Shown piece after piece: positions 12,681 to 26,419 of a stretch of 64,000 nucleotides of DNA. The stretch is from Lama glama (taxonomy: Eukaryota), in contig CM052818.1 in NCBI GenBank assembly GCA_028534125.1, forward strand, positions 10,666,001 to 10,730,000. Direction: 5' to 3'. The notes below the pieces were generated by a model. It was not told the DNA's origin. It did not search any database and saw only the letters and a program-made list of their open reading frames with translations. Numbering within the stretch: the stretch's first letter is position 1; each line of letters opens with the position of its first letter. A program made the position numbers and the translations under genes.

Positions 12681-15600
12681 ACCCTGCTGCTGCTACTGCT
12701 CCTCCTACTACCACCATTTCTGCTGCTACCACTAATACCGTGCACCAATTGTTGCTGCTCGGGGGCTAATGCGACTCGGGAGAGCTGGCGCTGGCTCCTC
12801 TCAAGTCCACATGGTCTTTTCTGGAAGGACAGCTTTGTTTTGGAGAAAGGGGGAGTGGGCGACTGCGGTTTGGAAGACCGGCTTCTAGTCTTTTTCTTGC
12901 CGCCCACCCCCACGCGGGACTCTGGAGAAGGCATCTCAGTTCTGACATGTGTGAAATGAGGGGGGAATGTTACTAATCAGCAGTTTTCAGGCTGCTTTTC
13001 TTCAGGGCCTAGGTATCTGCGTCCATCCGGTATGACTTTATATAGTGTTTCTATGTAAAATTTTGTTTAAAAGATGAAAAAAGTTATTATTAAGAAGGGT
13101 TTACAAATCCACTGGATTAGAGGTTTCTTAATGTCTCTTTTAGCTACAGAATTTTTCAATTGGTCGTTCTGTTAATAATTACGATCCCCATACCCTGACT
13201 CTCAAGACTGCCATGGTTGCTTAATTTCCAACTTGATCACCAGAGCCAAGGAGAACAAATTATCCAAGCAATTAAGTCTCTTGCATATGTGTAAGTGCCA
13301 GCTTTCAGCATGCGGTCTGGCCCTTCCCTTTGTGGACAATGGCAGGCTCAAGGTCCATATGACAATGTTTTCTATGCCAGGCCTCAGGTATATCCTTTAA
13401 ATGAGACCTGAGGCCCCTCACACTTCTCCAGGAAAGGAAACGAGGTTGACAGATTGGTGATTGCCCATCATTTTTGACTAAGGTGTTTTGAAGGCCTTTG
13501 TGCCGCTCCCAAATATATAGGTATTAAAGAAGAATGCATGACTGCTACAAAACCCTTATTTAAGTCTCTTTGCATAAAATCCTGATTGATCACTCTCTTG
13601 CTGTCTACGTCAAATCAGTTGGGGAGAAACTCGTATGCCAAGGAGTATGAGAAGGAATAGGGAAGGAGTAGAGAAGTTGTGACTGGATGTTGTCATAGGG
13701 TTTAGCCTCTGCCCCAGAGAAAGTAGTAAATGGAATCAGATTACTTCTCTTTTTGCATCCCTTTGCTGGAAAGTTCTGAGGTTGTTCCTCCAAAGCATGC
13801 CTTTCAGGCTGTGGTCAAAGCCCTTCCTTTGCTACCCCACTTCCAGGTGAGCCACCCCACTGCAGCTTTGGGTTCAAATTGCTCTGTCTGTCGAAGATTC
13901 TCTCACCCAGAGTGGGTCATAACTTGACTGCTTAGCATAGGGAATTAGGGGAGACTGAAACTCCTTGACTGAGCTCTTTCTCTTGAGTCCTGTAATTTCC
14001 AACTCATTGTGATCAAAAGACTCAGACAACTACTGAGGCCAGAGAAGAGAAGTATCCCTCGTTTTCACAGGCTTCTGAAGCAGTGTTCTTCAGCTGTGGT
14101 CCTGACAAGATCTTCATTTGTGTTCTGTGAAAGTTCGCCAAGGATGTAGGAGTCCCTCCACTCTGATGTACACTTGTAGTGAAGAAGGAAGCTCTGGTCT
14201 GTTGCTGGCCAAGCAGTTTGATCTGTGCCCAGTATAAATGCCTCGTTTTCCCATAGCAGGGGACAAATGTTTACCAGCAGGGTCAGATATCTGAATGATT
14301 CAGGTAAACAGTATTTTGGTTGTTGAAGAGTTATGATGGGTATTATATACATGGTTATTTATTTCCAATGCTTTACGGTTCACTACTTAATTTTTGGAAT
14401 TATTAATTTATGGAAGATTATTGTATGAGATACATACGATTGTCAGTTCTTAGGAGTTACAGGTATCTATCCAGGAACATATAAATAAGGACAAAAGGAG
14501 TTCCTCCCAAGGGTTAAGCTGTAAAGTCAACATCCACTGGTCAGAGCATGGATAAGTGAAATCTCCTTACAGTGATGGAATGACTTTCATGTTCAGAAAT
14601 ACCTGCCTGTAAGCTGAGCCCCTATAGTGGCAAATCTGCACAAATAATATGTTTATCAGAGGAGGAGCCAGTCAGATATAAAGGTAGAAAAAGTGGAGGG
14701 TCCTAGCAATAAACTGTAGCTCATCCAAGTACCATCCAGGGGAGAGGGAGCCTCTGTCTGGTAAGGCCGTGCTGTGGTCAAGATGGATATGTCAGGCCAC
14801 ACCATCTACAAGCCAACTGTACAACAGATTCTATTTCTGATTTATACAAACTTCTGATGAGAGTCCACCTTACCACGAGGCTCACCATCAGCTGATCCCA
14901 GTACTGAGAAGAAAGCACTTAACACTAAAACTAAACCAAGGTTATTTTGATTATTTCTTGGTTCAAAAACTCCTTAATCACAGGATATCTTAGTGCACCA
15001 TTTTGAATACCACTGGCCTATAAGTAGGTCAAATTGACTTCCTGGTTAGTAGCGAATTCTGAGTTATAGAAAGAAAGGATAAGTTGTGATAATGACTAGA
15101 TTTCAGCTGATGAGGAGAGTCAAGGGAAGAACATCATTGCAAGAGCTACAAGCCTAATTTCAACCGTGTCACCATGATATTCTCTCTATTTAGGTTTTGA
15201 ATACTGAAATTTTTCTTCAGGGGAAGAAACTCAAAGGGCAAAAGGTAATTCCAGCTTCTCTACCTCTGCCTTAGCCAACATCAGGGTGAGAAATTAAACA
15301 ACAACAAAAATTTAATCCAGTTCTCTCACATTTAATGAGTTACCACCATGGCCAGACATTGAGTTACTTAAGTAGTGAGACTTAACTGACTGACATCATT
15401 TCTGCTTTCAAGTTGCTTTCAGCTTCGTGGATGGGAAGGGAAAGTTCCTCTTTGAATATCAGAACTTTTTGACAACTCTTCCTTGTTATAATAGTTACTA
15501 ATGGACCCCATGTTTCCACGGGCTTTTCATGCCTTAGGTAATTTCAGACTCAACCTTACACCAGACTCTAGAAAAATACCTGCTTGATCATTCTAGTCCT

Positions 15601-16309
15601 GACAACACTTCTGGAACTTAGGTGCTTGCCTGAGGACAGCATGTCTGTTCCAGGTAACCTACTTAGCTCATTAGGGTTAGGGTGATGGTGGAAAATGCTC
15701 TGCTTTGGAGAACCTGAAGTTGCTGTGCCCAGCTACCTGTATCACCCAGTGGACTTGTGTGTCCAAATTACTGTTCGTACTCACATGAAGTTGGAGCACT
15801 CTTTGTCCCTGCATGCCTCAGTGGCATCAGTGGATGTTTAATTCTTGACAATTTTTTTAAGAAATGGAATTTTGAAAGTAAGGTCAAGCCAATAGAGCAA
15901 CTCAAACCTCTATCCAGAGGGTCTCCTCCTACCTTTGAGGGACAAGTGCAATATACAGAAAGAAACTTCTCTGTTCACTGAAATATCCTCATGCCCATGG
16001 TTTGTAGCCAGTGACTTTAGTCACTCATTTTGTTACTTATTTATTTATTTATTTACTTGAGTACCTTCTCCTATAATTCCAACTGATGCCACATCTGGAT
16101 AACTTGAGCTGTCTTAGATGTGCCCTGCAAATACAATTAATTTAAATTGATACATTTCGTACACTCATGCCATATACCTGTGTAAGAGAAAAGTATTTCT
16201 CTAGATTTCAAAAATGATTGAGAATGCCAGTTTTAGACTATAGTGAAAGTAGCTGATACATATTGAAATGAGGCATCTGATGCATGAAGTCCTTATAAGA
16301 CCAGTTAGC

Positions 16310-16556
16310 CTAAAATAAGTAAGTTCTAGTACTTACGTACAGCATGGTGACTATTGTTAATAATACTGTATTGCATATTAGGAAGTTGCTAATTTAAAAG
16401 TTCTCATCACAAGAAAAAATTTTGTAACTGTGTTGTGACAGAAGTTAACTAGACTTATTGTGGTTATCATTTCGCAATGTATACAAATATCAAATCATCA
16501 TGTTGTACAACCAAAACTGATATATGTCATTTGTGCCTCAATAATAAAAAAAAAAG
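16310..16556 (+). mobile_element. LINE-1 3' end (L1MA9/10-like) with poly(A) and TSD
   Basis: 'tacagcatggtgactattgttaataatactgtattg...catgttgtaca...tcaataataaaaaaaaaa'. TSD ccagttagc at 16301-16309 and 16557-16565. Confidence 0.88.
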
Positions 16557-16653
16557 CCAGTTAGCTTTGTGCAGAGTATATCTCTGTAATCCAGTAAATT
16601 ATAAAACTCCTAGCCTCAGCTGAACCCCTTTTATTCCTTTCTGTGATGGAGTT

Positions 16654-16655
<2 letters not shown>

Positions 16656-16703
<48 letters not shown>
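16656..16703 (+). repeat. (GT)~24 microsatellite
   Basis: Perfect GT run is directly visible. Confidence 0.97.
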
Positions 16704-16706
<3 letters not shown>

Positions 16707-17219
16707 GTGCATGTGTTTTGGTGGAGTGAGTGGAGAGTAGAAGTGAAAAACGTTATTAATAGTACAGATCCTCCCCATGGCTGGTAATGGTGAGTCAGAA
16801 GCATGGTCATTATATACAAGCAGATGAATTTTGATCTCTTTAATCTTTCATGAAATTAAATTACTTCTCTTCCTTTAGGTTCTTCCCTTGAGCAGAATTT
16901 TAGGGAGACTGGGTGATAGTGAAAGTTAGGGGAACATTATATTACTATCTCCTTAGAATATGAAATAAATATAAAAATGATATAATAATCTGCACAAGTA
17001 TGCCTAGGTATGAATCAGTAGATTGTCTCATTCACCCCTTCAACACCTGCTTATTGAGTGCGAGACACTACTGAGGAGCCACCATGACAATTGGGACACG
17101 AAGATGAATTTGTCAGTCTCTTCTCACAGTGTGAACCTTACTTCTCTGAAACAATGAAACAAATCTCCCAGCGCAGAACTCATCGTGTAGGTGAGGTTCA
17201 GTGTATATTGACAAAAGTC

Positions 17220-17482
17220 ATTGTTTCCCAAAGTGTGCTCTGTGGAACACTTGCCTGAAAGTGCTCTGGGGAAAAAATAATGAAAAAGAGATTCCTGGTC
17301 AAAATGTGTGGAAAATAGTAGCTATTAATCTTTCTCTCTTGAGGATTCACAAAGCACATAGTTATATATTTAAGGCTCTGAGAATTTTGTTTAATCCAGC
17401 ATTTCCAAACCTCATTTAATTGGGGTGCCTTTTTTAAAAGTAAACTTAATAACTCCCCTGGAACACATGTTAGGGAATACCG
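17220..17482. mobile_element. hAT-Charlie MITE (MER103C/MER112-like)
   Basis: Starts 'cattgtttcccaaagtgtgctctgtggaacac' and ends 'ggaacacatgttagggaatac' (imperfect terminal inverted repeats, TIRs). Internal 'aaggctctgagaa...tttaatccagcatttccaaac'. Confidence 0.7.
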
Positions 17483-20400
17483 GGCTAAGCGAAAGTGAAA
17501 ATCAATGTCGGAAAGAATTCTAATAGTTTAAACAAGCCATGGAAGCCTTCAGTTTCTCCCCTGACCGTGTGACTGAGGCCCCATCCCTCAGAGGCCTCAT
17601 TATTGTGTCTTCTTAACTTAGTGCAGAAGAGAAATTTTGACTCAATAACATTTGTAATATTGGAATATATATGTACGCACGTATATAAAACACACATATG
17701 TACCCATACCTACATAGGTATGTACATTTATATAGTTAATAAATCTAAATATCACTAGACAAAAGCATACCCGTGTTAAAAATGACCGACTCTTTCCGCC
17801 CATTGTAGTTCTTTTGGAATCACGCTTCAAGCAAATTCTAGGTATATTTCCATCTCAAGTCACCGGGACAATTTTTGTATTACTAACCACATGAGTAGAA
17901 TTTAATGGGAATGGCTCAAATCAAACTTGCCCTCACACTACCTTTGATTGTCAGTTTCCATTTCCTGAATGGCATTGATGGGGGTTCTGCTTGAAATCTT
18001 TCCGAAATCTTTGAAGAATCCTTCTGCATTTAAGAAATATAAATCAAGGTTAATTGAAGAAAAATGAGAGAAAATGTGTTTTTATGTTGCTCTGATAAAT
18101 CTGTGGCTGGGCAGTAATTGCAAAACAATACATAGGTGAGAAATAGAAGCTGACAACTCAGAGTAGCAAATGCTGGTTGTGTGGAATTACATTATGGCAC
18201 AGGATAACTCAGCTCCCTGCCTAGCGCATGCTTCCTTGGGAAAAGCTCAGAAACCAGGTGCATATTTCTATGTCTATTATTTCAGTTACACAGGTGGCTC
18301 ATTGAACGGGACTTTTATTTTTGGCTCCCAAAGTTGACTTCATTCCCTGAGCAGTGTGACTTGAGTTTCTCTCAAGCACAGCCCTGTTTCAGGCTCCATG
18401 AGATTTTTCCTTTTCTCCCCCCTTTCCTTCTGGATATTGTTGCCACTGTCAAATGGGAAATACATAGAAATAGGAGATTAAAAATGTAAATTTTATAAAC
18501 AGAAATCAAAGGTCCTAAATCCTTAGCAAAGAAAAGCCAACATAAGTAAGAACATTAAAAAACATACATAAATAGTGCTTCCAGGCTGAATATGTTAAAT
18601 AATTCAACAGTTAAGTCATAAGCGTTCTTAAACTTAAGTATAAAAATGCCCTTGACAATATTTCACAGCCGCGCATTTCTTTAAAATATTTAGCATTCTC
18701 ATTAAAGGGAATGACTTTAGTTTATATATTAGTTACACTCCTGCTTGTTAATATGAAGGAATTTAGGAGCAAAAAAAGCATTCTTATGTATATAAGCAAA
18801 AGGCAATTTACATACAGAGTTGGACAACTATTCACTTTTTATTTATTTCTGGATCATCAGCATCTACATATAGCTATACAGCATTTAAACAAATCTGTTT
18901 CTTAATGTGCAATATTAATATTCTCTGCCCCACAGTGCCATTTGCTAATGCCATTGTGAAGACAGGTGCCTTCAAAGCGACACGGAAGTCCCTGCTTTAG
19001 AAAGACTTAATGAACCTTACATTTTTTGGAATACTGCACAGTGTAATGCCTATTACATATTCATTGCTAGAATGGAAGATTTCCTTTAACTCTGAGCTTC
19101 CTGGTCTAGTTCTCTGTAAAACATTGTCAAAAGTCACCAGAGACTTTCGTGGAAAATTGTGACTCTTGATAGCAGGATGTAATGGGGAGGTTTAGAGTGG
19201 AGAAGCCAGGAATCTATCGCCCCACAGGGAGACATTCTGACAGACAAATGGATGGATAATACAATTTTTGACATAATGGGATGAAAAAGTTTATGCCAGA
19301 AAGAACTGAATTAAAGTTATTACTTTAAAAGAAAGTCTGAAGTTTGAAATCATCAGAATTTCCAATGTGTGCTTCATTTTACTGCTTATATGCGGAAAAG
19401 ATTTTAAGACAGAGATGCTGTCAGCTGATTTATAGAGTTACTAACAAGGCCGCCATAAAACTTTAGTTACCTCTTTGGAAATATCCACAACAATAAACAC
19501 AATGTTTCTTTTTTTTTTTTCTCTCACATTTTTAATAAAGAAAATCTAACTTTGTTCTTTTATGTTCCTACTTTCTCATTACAAAATGCAGGGAGATAAT
19601 ATTCAGAGATGGGGGATACACTTCCGGGGGATGGAAGAATGGAAAATGCCATGGCGTAGATGTTTACCTTTGTTGGAAAGTGCTTCATAATGTAACAATG
19701 GGCTTGGAAATCAGCAGTAACCGCTGGGCAGCAGGCCTCTGTAGGTGTGGTGAGGATTGATTTGCAAGAGTTCCCAACTATCTCTCCTGTATATTTACCC
19801 TGCGTGGCCCTAGGGAGTCAGCACCAAGGCCTAGCATGAAATGCAGCCACCCTAAACATACACCCCACCTCATTCATGCAGCTCTGGATGATTGGAAACA
19901 TAACGCCACCTTCATTCTGCTTATGTTCTCGTTTTATTTCAGATGCTTAAAAATTCACATAATCCCGTAACTGGTTTCCATTACTCTCTACCTTGTTCAC
20001 ATTTGAATTTGTCTGTGCTGTGGCTTCCTCAGGTACAGAACGTTGTGCCTGTCCCTGCTACTTCTCTTACGTTGTATGCGTTTTATTTGTTTAGTATCTG
20101 CCCCCTTTCTGGATGGTTCCATGAGGGTCACGCGATGCCTTTTTGTCTTGATATCTTAGTGCTCACCAGCCTGGGATGAAGGAGACATGCACTCAAGCGA
20201 GTGAGTGCTTCTTTCACTTTGTACCCTAGGTGCCTCACATGCCTCATGCTGCTCTTGGCCCTGGTGCTAGCAGAGTATCTGGCACAGATCAAGAACTCAG
20301 TCTACACTTGACAGATGTCGCAATGCCCTCCTTGATGAGTAAAATTTCAAGCACATAGTCTGTTGTTGGAGTGGATATCCTAATAAAATTATTCTTTTGC

Positions 20401-21192
20401 CCTCAACATTTTGGAAGGTAGACAGTTTTCACTATGTTGCATATACCAGAAATAGGTCTCATTTACTTATGCAGGAAAAGGGAGCACTCAGATTTAGCGA
20501 GCGCGTAGATCTCAAACTGTGCAAAGCATTTGCCACTCAGGGGACTCAGTCAGTAGAACTCTTATGATCCAAAGCTACTTTCTAACAAATGCTAAATAAT
20601 GGCTTAAAAATCATATAATTCATTAAAATTAAATATGTGGGATTATAAATATCAAAGAAAACAAGAAAGGAAAGCAAAGGGGAAAAAGGAAGGATAGAAA
20701 ATAAAAGGGACAAAACATAGAGGAAAGACAAAAAATTCTGGTGGCTTAAATGAATTCACTACCCTCCTTCCACTGAATTCATGAACTGGCTTATGTGTAT
20801 GAAGAGATAATCCAGTGGCGTGTATTTTAGCAAGAAATGTACTGACAGTTCAGTGACTAGAAAGCACTAGTGTAGACTCCCAGTGCTTACCATTAATAGG
20901 GAAGAGGGGGAAAGTGTAGACCCTGGGGAAGTAGCACTGCTTAAAATAATAGGTAATAAGAAATGGTAGTGTGATGCCATTTGATTTTTTTTAACATTAT
21001 TCTATTCAGAATAACCCTAAGCTCAACATGCCCTTCAGAGAAATAAATTCTAGTTTTTCGACTTTAGGATCACCTGTCACCTTTTATTCTTAGGCCTTAA
21101 GAACAAAAGGGATATCAGTTTCCATTATGACAGTGATATTTAAGAAAAAACTATTTTTAATATTTGAATTAGAAATACCTGCTTGGAAATAA

Positions 21193-21235
21193 AGATGATG
21201 ATGATGATGATGATGATGATAATGGTGATGATGAT
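21193..21235 (+). repeat. (GAT)n trinucleotide repeat, imperfect
   Basis: 'gatgatgatgatgatgatgatgatgataatggtgatgatgat'. Confidence 0.92.
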
Positions 21236-21239
21236 AAAC

Positions 21240-21460
21240 ATACATTAATTTTTTTTAGTGTTTCATTAAATGCATTCTCCAATGTTATCCCATTCGATTC
21301 CCATAGGAATCCTATGGCGTATAGGGCCCTGGATCATTCAGAATGTCAAAAAGGAAACTGAGGTTCGCCGAAGCCCAGCAACTTAAGTGAAGTCAGTTGG
21401 TGAGTACACACATGCTCAACAGCTCTGTCTTTAAACCTAGTGGAGAGAACATTCTCTTTC
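21240..21460 (-). mobile_element. MIR SINE
   Basis: 'ttatcccattcgattccc...aaggaaactgaggttc' is a degenerate reverse MIR. Confidence 0.55.
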
Positions 21461-23539
21461 GTGCTGTCATTTAAATGTATCACAAATCACATCACACAAC
21501 TGAAACCACTATTGAGTTATTCTATAAAGTATAAAGAGCTACAGGCCTGGCTTATGATATTTTAATTTCATGTGTGTGCCTTAACACATCATATCCATTA
21601 AAAAATACTTTGGGGGATTATTTGATGCTTGCTGGGGTGCCTTCCTGGTTTTAAAAGGACACAGCTTGTGTGAATGGAATTCATACCAATATTTGAGATG
21701 ACTGAAGAACAGACGACCTAATGTGAGCTCTTTTTGTGTGGAAAAAAAATACCATGTTCTCCTAATTATGACAAGTACAAAAGCCACTGTTTTTAGTCAA
21801 TGCCCTGGAGCCTCACAAAAGAATGGCTGGACAAGCCAGCAGCCACCAGCGACACGCACTGGGCATCTACCAGAGCTTTAAGACAGGTTGGCACATTGCT
21901 CAGCAGTGTACTGGGCAGATTTGGATGCATTTATTGGGAAAGGATCCAGCAATGACCTGCCAAAGCCCTTACACAGAAGTCCTTGTGCCCAGTATCAACC
22001 ATTCCGCCTCTAGTAGTTCAGTGGACTTCCTCCCTGGGGCGGGTTTCAGCCATGCCGAGACCCAAAATGCAGTACACAAAGCCGCAAGGCATGAGAGGCA
22101 CATGCAACCATGTGACTGCAAAGCATCAAAAGGAAGTAACACCATGAGCAAGAGATTGCCGAGTGTGGCTTAGCAGTGCAATGCAGGCTGGCCATGGGGC
22201 TGTTTTTACTGCTCACGTACAGTTGACATCTACTACCTCTACCAAAAATCATTTGGAGACCCAAGAAACTACCGCAGCAGCAACAAAATGATATGCCAAA
22301 CGGTCAAGGGAGAACTTTTCTATTCCAGGAGAGGAAAAAAAAATGTAGAAGGCCCATAGTATCTCAATAATCTCTGTCTGTCTCTCTCTGTCCCTCATTC
22401 TCTCCCACTCAGATACATGCACACCTACTTATATACTCAAGTGCGTATGAATAGAAAATCATACAATAGAGAAAAACAAGTTGCATTTGTCCAGTGCCAA
22501 GCGTCTATGTTGTTAACTGGTTTTCAGTGTCATGTGTTATGCTTGGGAAAAGCTAAACCAGTTCTCAGTGGATTTCCTAACAGTCATGTACTACCAGTGG
22601 GGAGCATCCAAACCCACAAAAGTCAGGTCCAAACTGACCCCTTCATTTATTTGAAGACTAAGTTCAGGACATGGACATTATGTTGTCAGCATGCAGCAAT
22701 ATATACGAATTGGTCCCTTGGCAGCTCTGTAACTTTGGTGATTTTGAGAAATTTTAGTTTTGTCCAAAGGGAAATTTGGAAAGTCCTGGATTTAGTAAAG
22801 TATGAACTTGTTTAGAAACAGCACTGCTTCAGATAGCGAGCAACATCTGCATGTTGAATTCCAAGACTCTTCTAACAGAATGACGTCCGTAGTATGACAG
22901 TAAGTTGTTGTGTGAGAGACTATACACTGAGAAACCACACAAAGCGGGGCACCAGCGACTCAGCTGCCCAGAGAGAAGGCAAATCTATGTACTATCCTGG
23001 AGAACCAGTTTGGGAGAGCAGCACAAATGTGGCTCTGCCCTTTGGCAAATTTCACGTGAGATCTGTGTTTACACTTCTAACTCTTTGGAAACACAGATCT
23101 CCCTCCGTGGTAATGCCTATATTTCTAAGTCTTTTTCATTCTTGGTAGGTTTTTATTGTTTAATTTCTCAATTATTAATTAATTTCTGGGACCTTTACTG
23201 TGATGTTAGATGATGATGTTTAGTTGAGAGGAGTACCTAGGATTAAACTGACTTCATGAGAACCATCAGAACATCCTTGAGAATCCTTGGCAAAAGGCAG
23301 GCTACTCCCTGGGACACGGGGCACGTGCCCATTTGCTCTCTGGGTTCACCAATCCTCCTCTACAGTGGGGTAGAGGGTAAAAGTTGTTCATGAGAAATAG
23401 TTACCTCCAGATGCCAGCTGGGCTGTGCCCCGCTGACACTGTGGGGTGTTCGCTCACCCTCTTGTGCCTCAGGTTCTCTGCCTGACAATGGGAAGATAGG
23501 AGCTCCTGGCTTTCTAAGATCCTGGCTGTCCTACTGTTC

Positions 23540-24347
23540 TGACCCCCGTACTACCTCAACAGGTTTTATGCACAACACTTGTGACACCAAACGTGTACAG
23601 GTTTTCACACCAACAACCAGTTCTCCTGTCCTCCTGCACCAGCTGGATGCCCAGCAATTCAGTTCAGATCAGTTTTGACACTCTCTGTGGTCAGCACAGA
23701 CCTCACTGGTTAAGGGCTCAGTCCCTTAACTCTCCTTGCTTCTGACCTTCGGATGCGCATCCTAGTTCCCAGTACTTCTGACCAACTGACTGTAAATTCA
23801 GGAATTCCCATGACCCTCCTTTAAGTGTGATAATTCCCTAGACTCACAGAACTCAGGAAAGTTTTACTTGCTTTTGGGTAAAGCAAGTGCTTTACTTGCT
23901 GTCATTGCTTTATGATAAAGGGCACAGGAACAGCCTGGGACTTGGGGGACGTGCGGGGCAGGGTGCATGGAACCTCCATTCTCTTTCTGAGTGTGCAACT
24001 CTCCGAGCACCTCTATATGTCCGCCAGCGCAGAATCTCTCTAAATCTCACCATTTAGGGGTTTTTATGTAGGTTCCCTTTCATAGCCGCGACTGATGAAA
24101 TCACTGGGCCTTTGTGATTAACTCAGTCTCCAGCCTCTCTCCCTTCCTCAGAGGTCCAGAGCGAGGCTGAAAGGACTAGCCTTTCTGGTGACAGCCCCCA
24201 TCTGAAGCTATCTAGAGCACATCACCAAGAGCCAGCTCATTAGCATATCAAAGACACTTATCACTCCAGAGACTTTAAGGGTTTTAGGAGCTGTGTGCAA
24301 GGAACTGCCCAAGACAAAAAACAAATATTTCTTTTTCTATTGCACCA
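23540..24347. mobile_element. MER21-family solo LTR
   Basis: Hallmarks 'accagctggatgccc', 'ggttaagggctcagtccc', 'tctgaccaactgactgtaaatt', 'actcacagaactcaggaaa', 'aagggttttaggagctgtgtgcaaggaac'. Clearly paralogous to the copy at ~50.8-52.1 kb. Confidence 0.85.
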
Positions 24348-25643
24348 TACTATCCACTGAAGAAAATTGCCTCTCAAGACTACTGCATGCTTCTATTCCA
24401 TGCCCTGTATTGTTAGAAAGCCTTTTAATTCAGGGAAACGTCTGGGTCTTCTTTCTGAGCGTCCTGTGTGTCAGCGCTGCATGCCTCCTGTCCCGTTTGT
24501 CTGTGGGAGGGAGGGCAGTGGGGACCCTTCTCCACTCTGTGACTCACAGCCACCAGTCTTCCCAATGTCTCTTAGAACTGGCTTCCAAGAGCTAGTGCAT
24601 CCCTGCAAGAAATGTCAAAAAGAGCAATGAATAAAGGGCGTCTCCTCTCATTAGCCTCAAACAATCGATAAGGGTGTGACACTCAGCTTGACACCACTGA
24701 AAAAAAGTTTTTAAAAAGCCATAGCTTCAGCCCTAGATGCACAGACAACTGGTAAGAGCACAGTTGATACCTAGAGGGAAAATACAGAGCAACAGTAATT
24801 ATAAAAACATCAAACAATTAACCATACTTACTAAAGAAGTAAAAAAAACAGCTCAGTTGACAAGACACAGGCCAGGACTCTGGATCAGGGGGTGCTCTGT
24901 GTCTAATGGAAATAAATCCTTTAACTCTTGTGTGATTTTGTGAAATGAGGGCAATGCTAACCCCATCTCAAAAGTAGGGAGTGAGAGAGCACTGGTAAAG
25001 ATGGCCGTGAACGAGTCGATCGAGTGAAGGACATCACGGCACCTTGAGAAGGGTACTGAGCACCTGTGTCAGGCTCTGTGCTGGCCATGAACTTGACAGG
25101 TGATTTCAGAGAAGGGCCGACGTGGATACACAGGAAACTACTGTGAAACAACCTGGGGTCAGTCTAGAGTAGGGGATCCCCAAAGTCCTCATCGCCTGCC
25201 CCATCTGTCTCATTGCTGCACTGATCCCCCCTCTTCCTGGCTGTCTCTCTCCTCCTAACTTGACACTGTCTTGGTTTTCCTAGTTTTCTTTTGAACTTGG
25301 TATTGTAAGCAGTTTTTCTTTAAATGTTGACACACATTCTTTGTAATTATAATATGTAAATGGGTAAATGATGGTCTATGATGTGGATACATCATGATTT
25401 ACTTACCCATTCCTGTGGGTAGATATTTAGGTTGATTCTGTTTTCACTCCTTCAATAGGTGAACAGGTCAGATTTCTTAAAATGTCCTCTGCGGCACGGA
25501 GGCCTGCACGTGTTCACGTTGTGGCTAGTCATATATAAGAACCATTCCGGCGCCTCCCTGCCTTCTGTTTATATCATTTGTCAGTGATTCTTGCTTTCAC
25601 TCTTCTATATCATCCCTCAAAACCCTGACCTAAGTCTTCTTTC

Positions 25644-25813
25644 TTTTTTTTTAATATTTTATTTATTTATCAACATATTATTTAATTATTTTATTTTGAT
25701 GGGAGGTGGTGGAGGTAATCAGGTTTATTTATTTTTAGAGGAGGTACTGGGGATTGAACCCAGGACCTCATGCATCCTAAGCATGTGCTTTACCACTTGA
25801 GCTATACCCTCCC
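25644..25813 (-). mobile_element. tRNA-derived camelid SINE (vic-1 type) with A-rich tail and 13-bp TSD
   Basis: Minus strand GGGAGGGTATAGCTCAAGTGGTAAAGCACATGCTTAGGATGCATGAGGTCCTGGGTTCAATCCCCAGTACCTCC contains Pol III A and B boxes. TSD taagtcttctttc at 25631-25643 and 25814-25826. Confidence 0.9.
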
Positions 25814-25844
25814 TAAGTCTTCTTTCATTTTGACTGTAATTCTC

Positions 25845-26239
25845 TCTCTTTTTTAGATTCCATATGAGTAATATCATATAGTATTTTTCTTTCTCTTTCT
25901 GGCTTACTTCACTTAGAATGACAATCTCTAGGTCCATCCATGTTGCTGCAAATGGTGATATTTTATTCTTTTTTATGGATGAGAAGTATTCCATTGTATA
26001 AATATACCACAACTTCTTTTTCTAGTCATCTGTCGATGGACATTTAGGTTGCTTCCATGTCTTGGCTATTGTATATAGTGCTGCTATGAACATTGGCGTG
26101 CATGTGACTTTTTGAATTAAGGTTCCTTCTGGATATATACCCAGAAGTGGGATTACTGGATCATATGGTAGGTTTATTTTTAGTTTTTTGAGGAATCTCC
26201 ATACTGTTTTCCATAATGGCTGTATCAAACTACATTCCC
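25845..26239 (-). mobile_element. LINE-1 ORF2 C-terminal fragment, 5'- and 3'-truncated, with TSD
   Basis: ORF track gives [31 protein letters not shown]...TCTPMFIAALYTIAKTWKQPKCPS and WYIYTMEYFSSIKKNKISPFAATWMDLEIVILSEVSQ, the L1 ORF2 C-terminus. Flanks attttgactgtaattctc (25827-25844) and attttactgtaattctc (26240-26256). Confidence 0.93.
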
Positions 26240-26419
26240 ATTTTACTGTAATTCTCCTCCAAATGGTCTACCAAGACCTCAAAAATAGCTCCTCTGAGGG
26301 CTTTCGAATAGCTGCCTATCTCTGAATTCTCATCATTCAGCTGTTCAAACCACCACCTCTCCATCTAGCTACCCATCAACTATGGGGCCCCACCATGTAC
26401 TCCATTTACACACTTTCCC

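Noticed and set aside
12684..12760. CTG/CTA-rich tract giving a Ser/Arg-rich ORF (12608-12934, minus strand)
   Set aside because: A degenerate trinucleotide tail at the end of a MIR. Not coding.
23319..23330. 12-bp palindrome GGGCACGTGCCC (E-box)
   Set aside because: Isolated, and palindromes of this length are expected by chance in a window this size.
25725..26228. Two ORFs with real protein similarity
   Set aside because: They are L1 ORF2 C-terminal remnants reading into a SINE, not a host gene.
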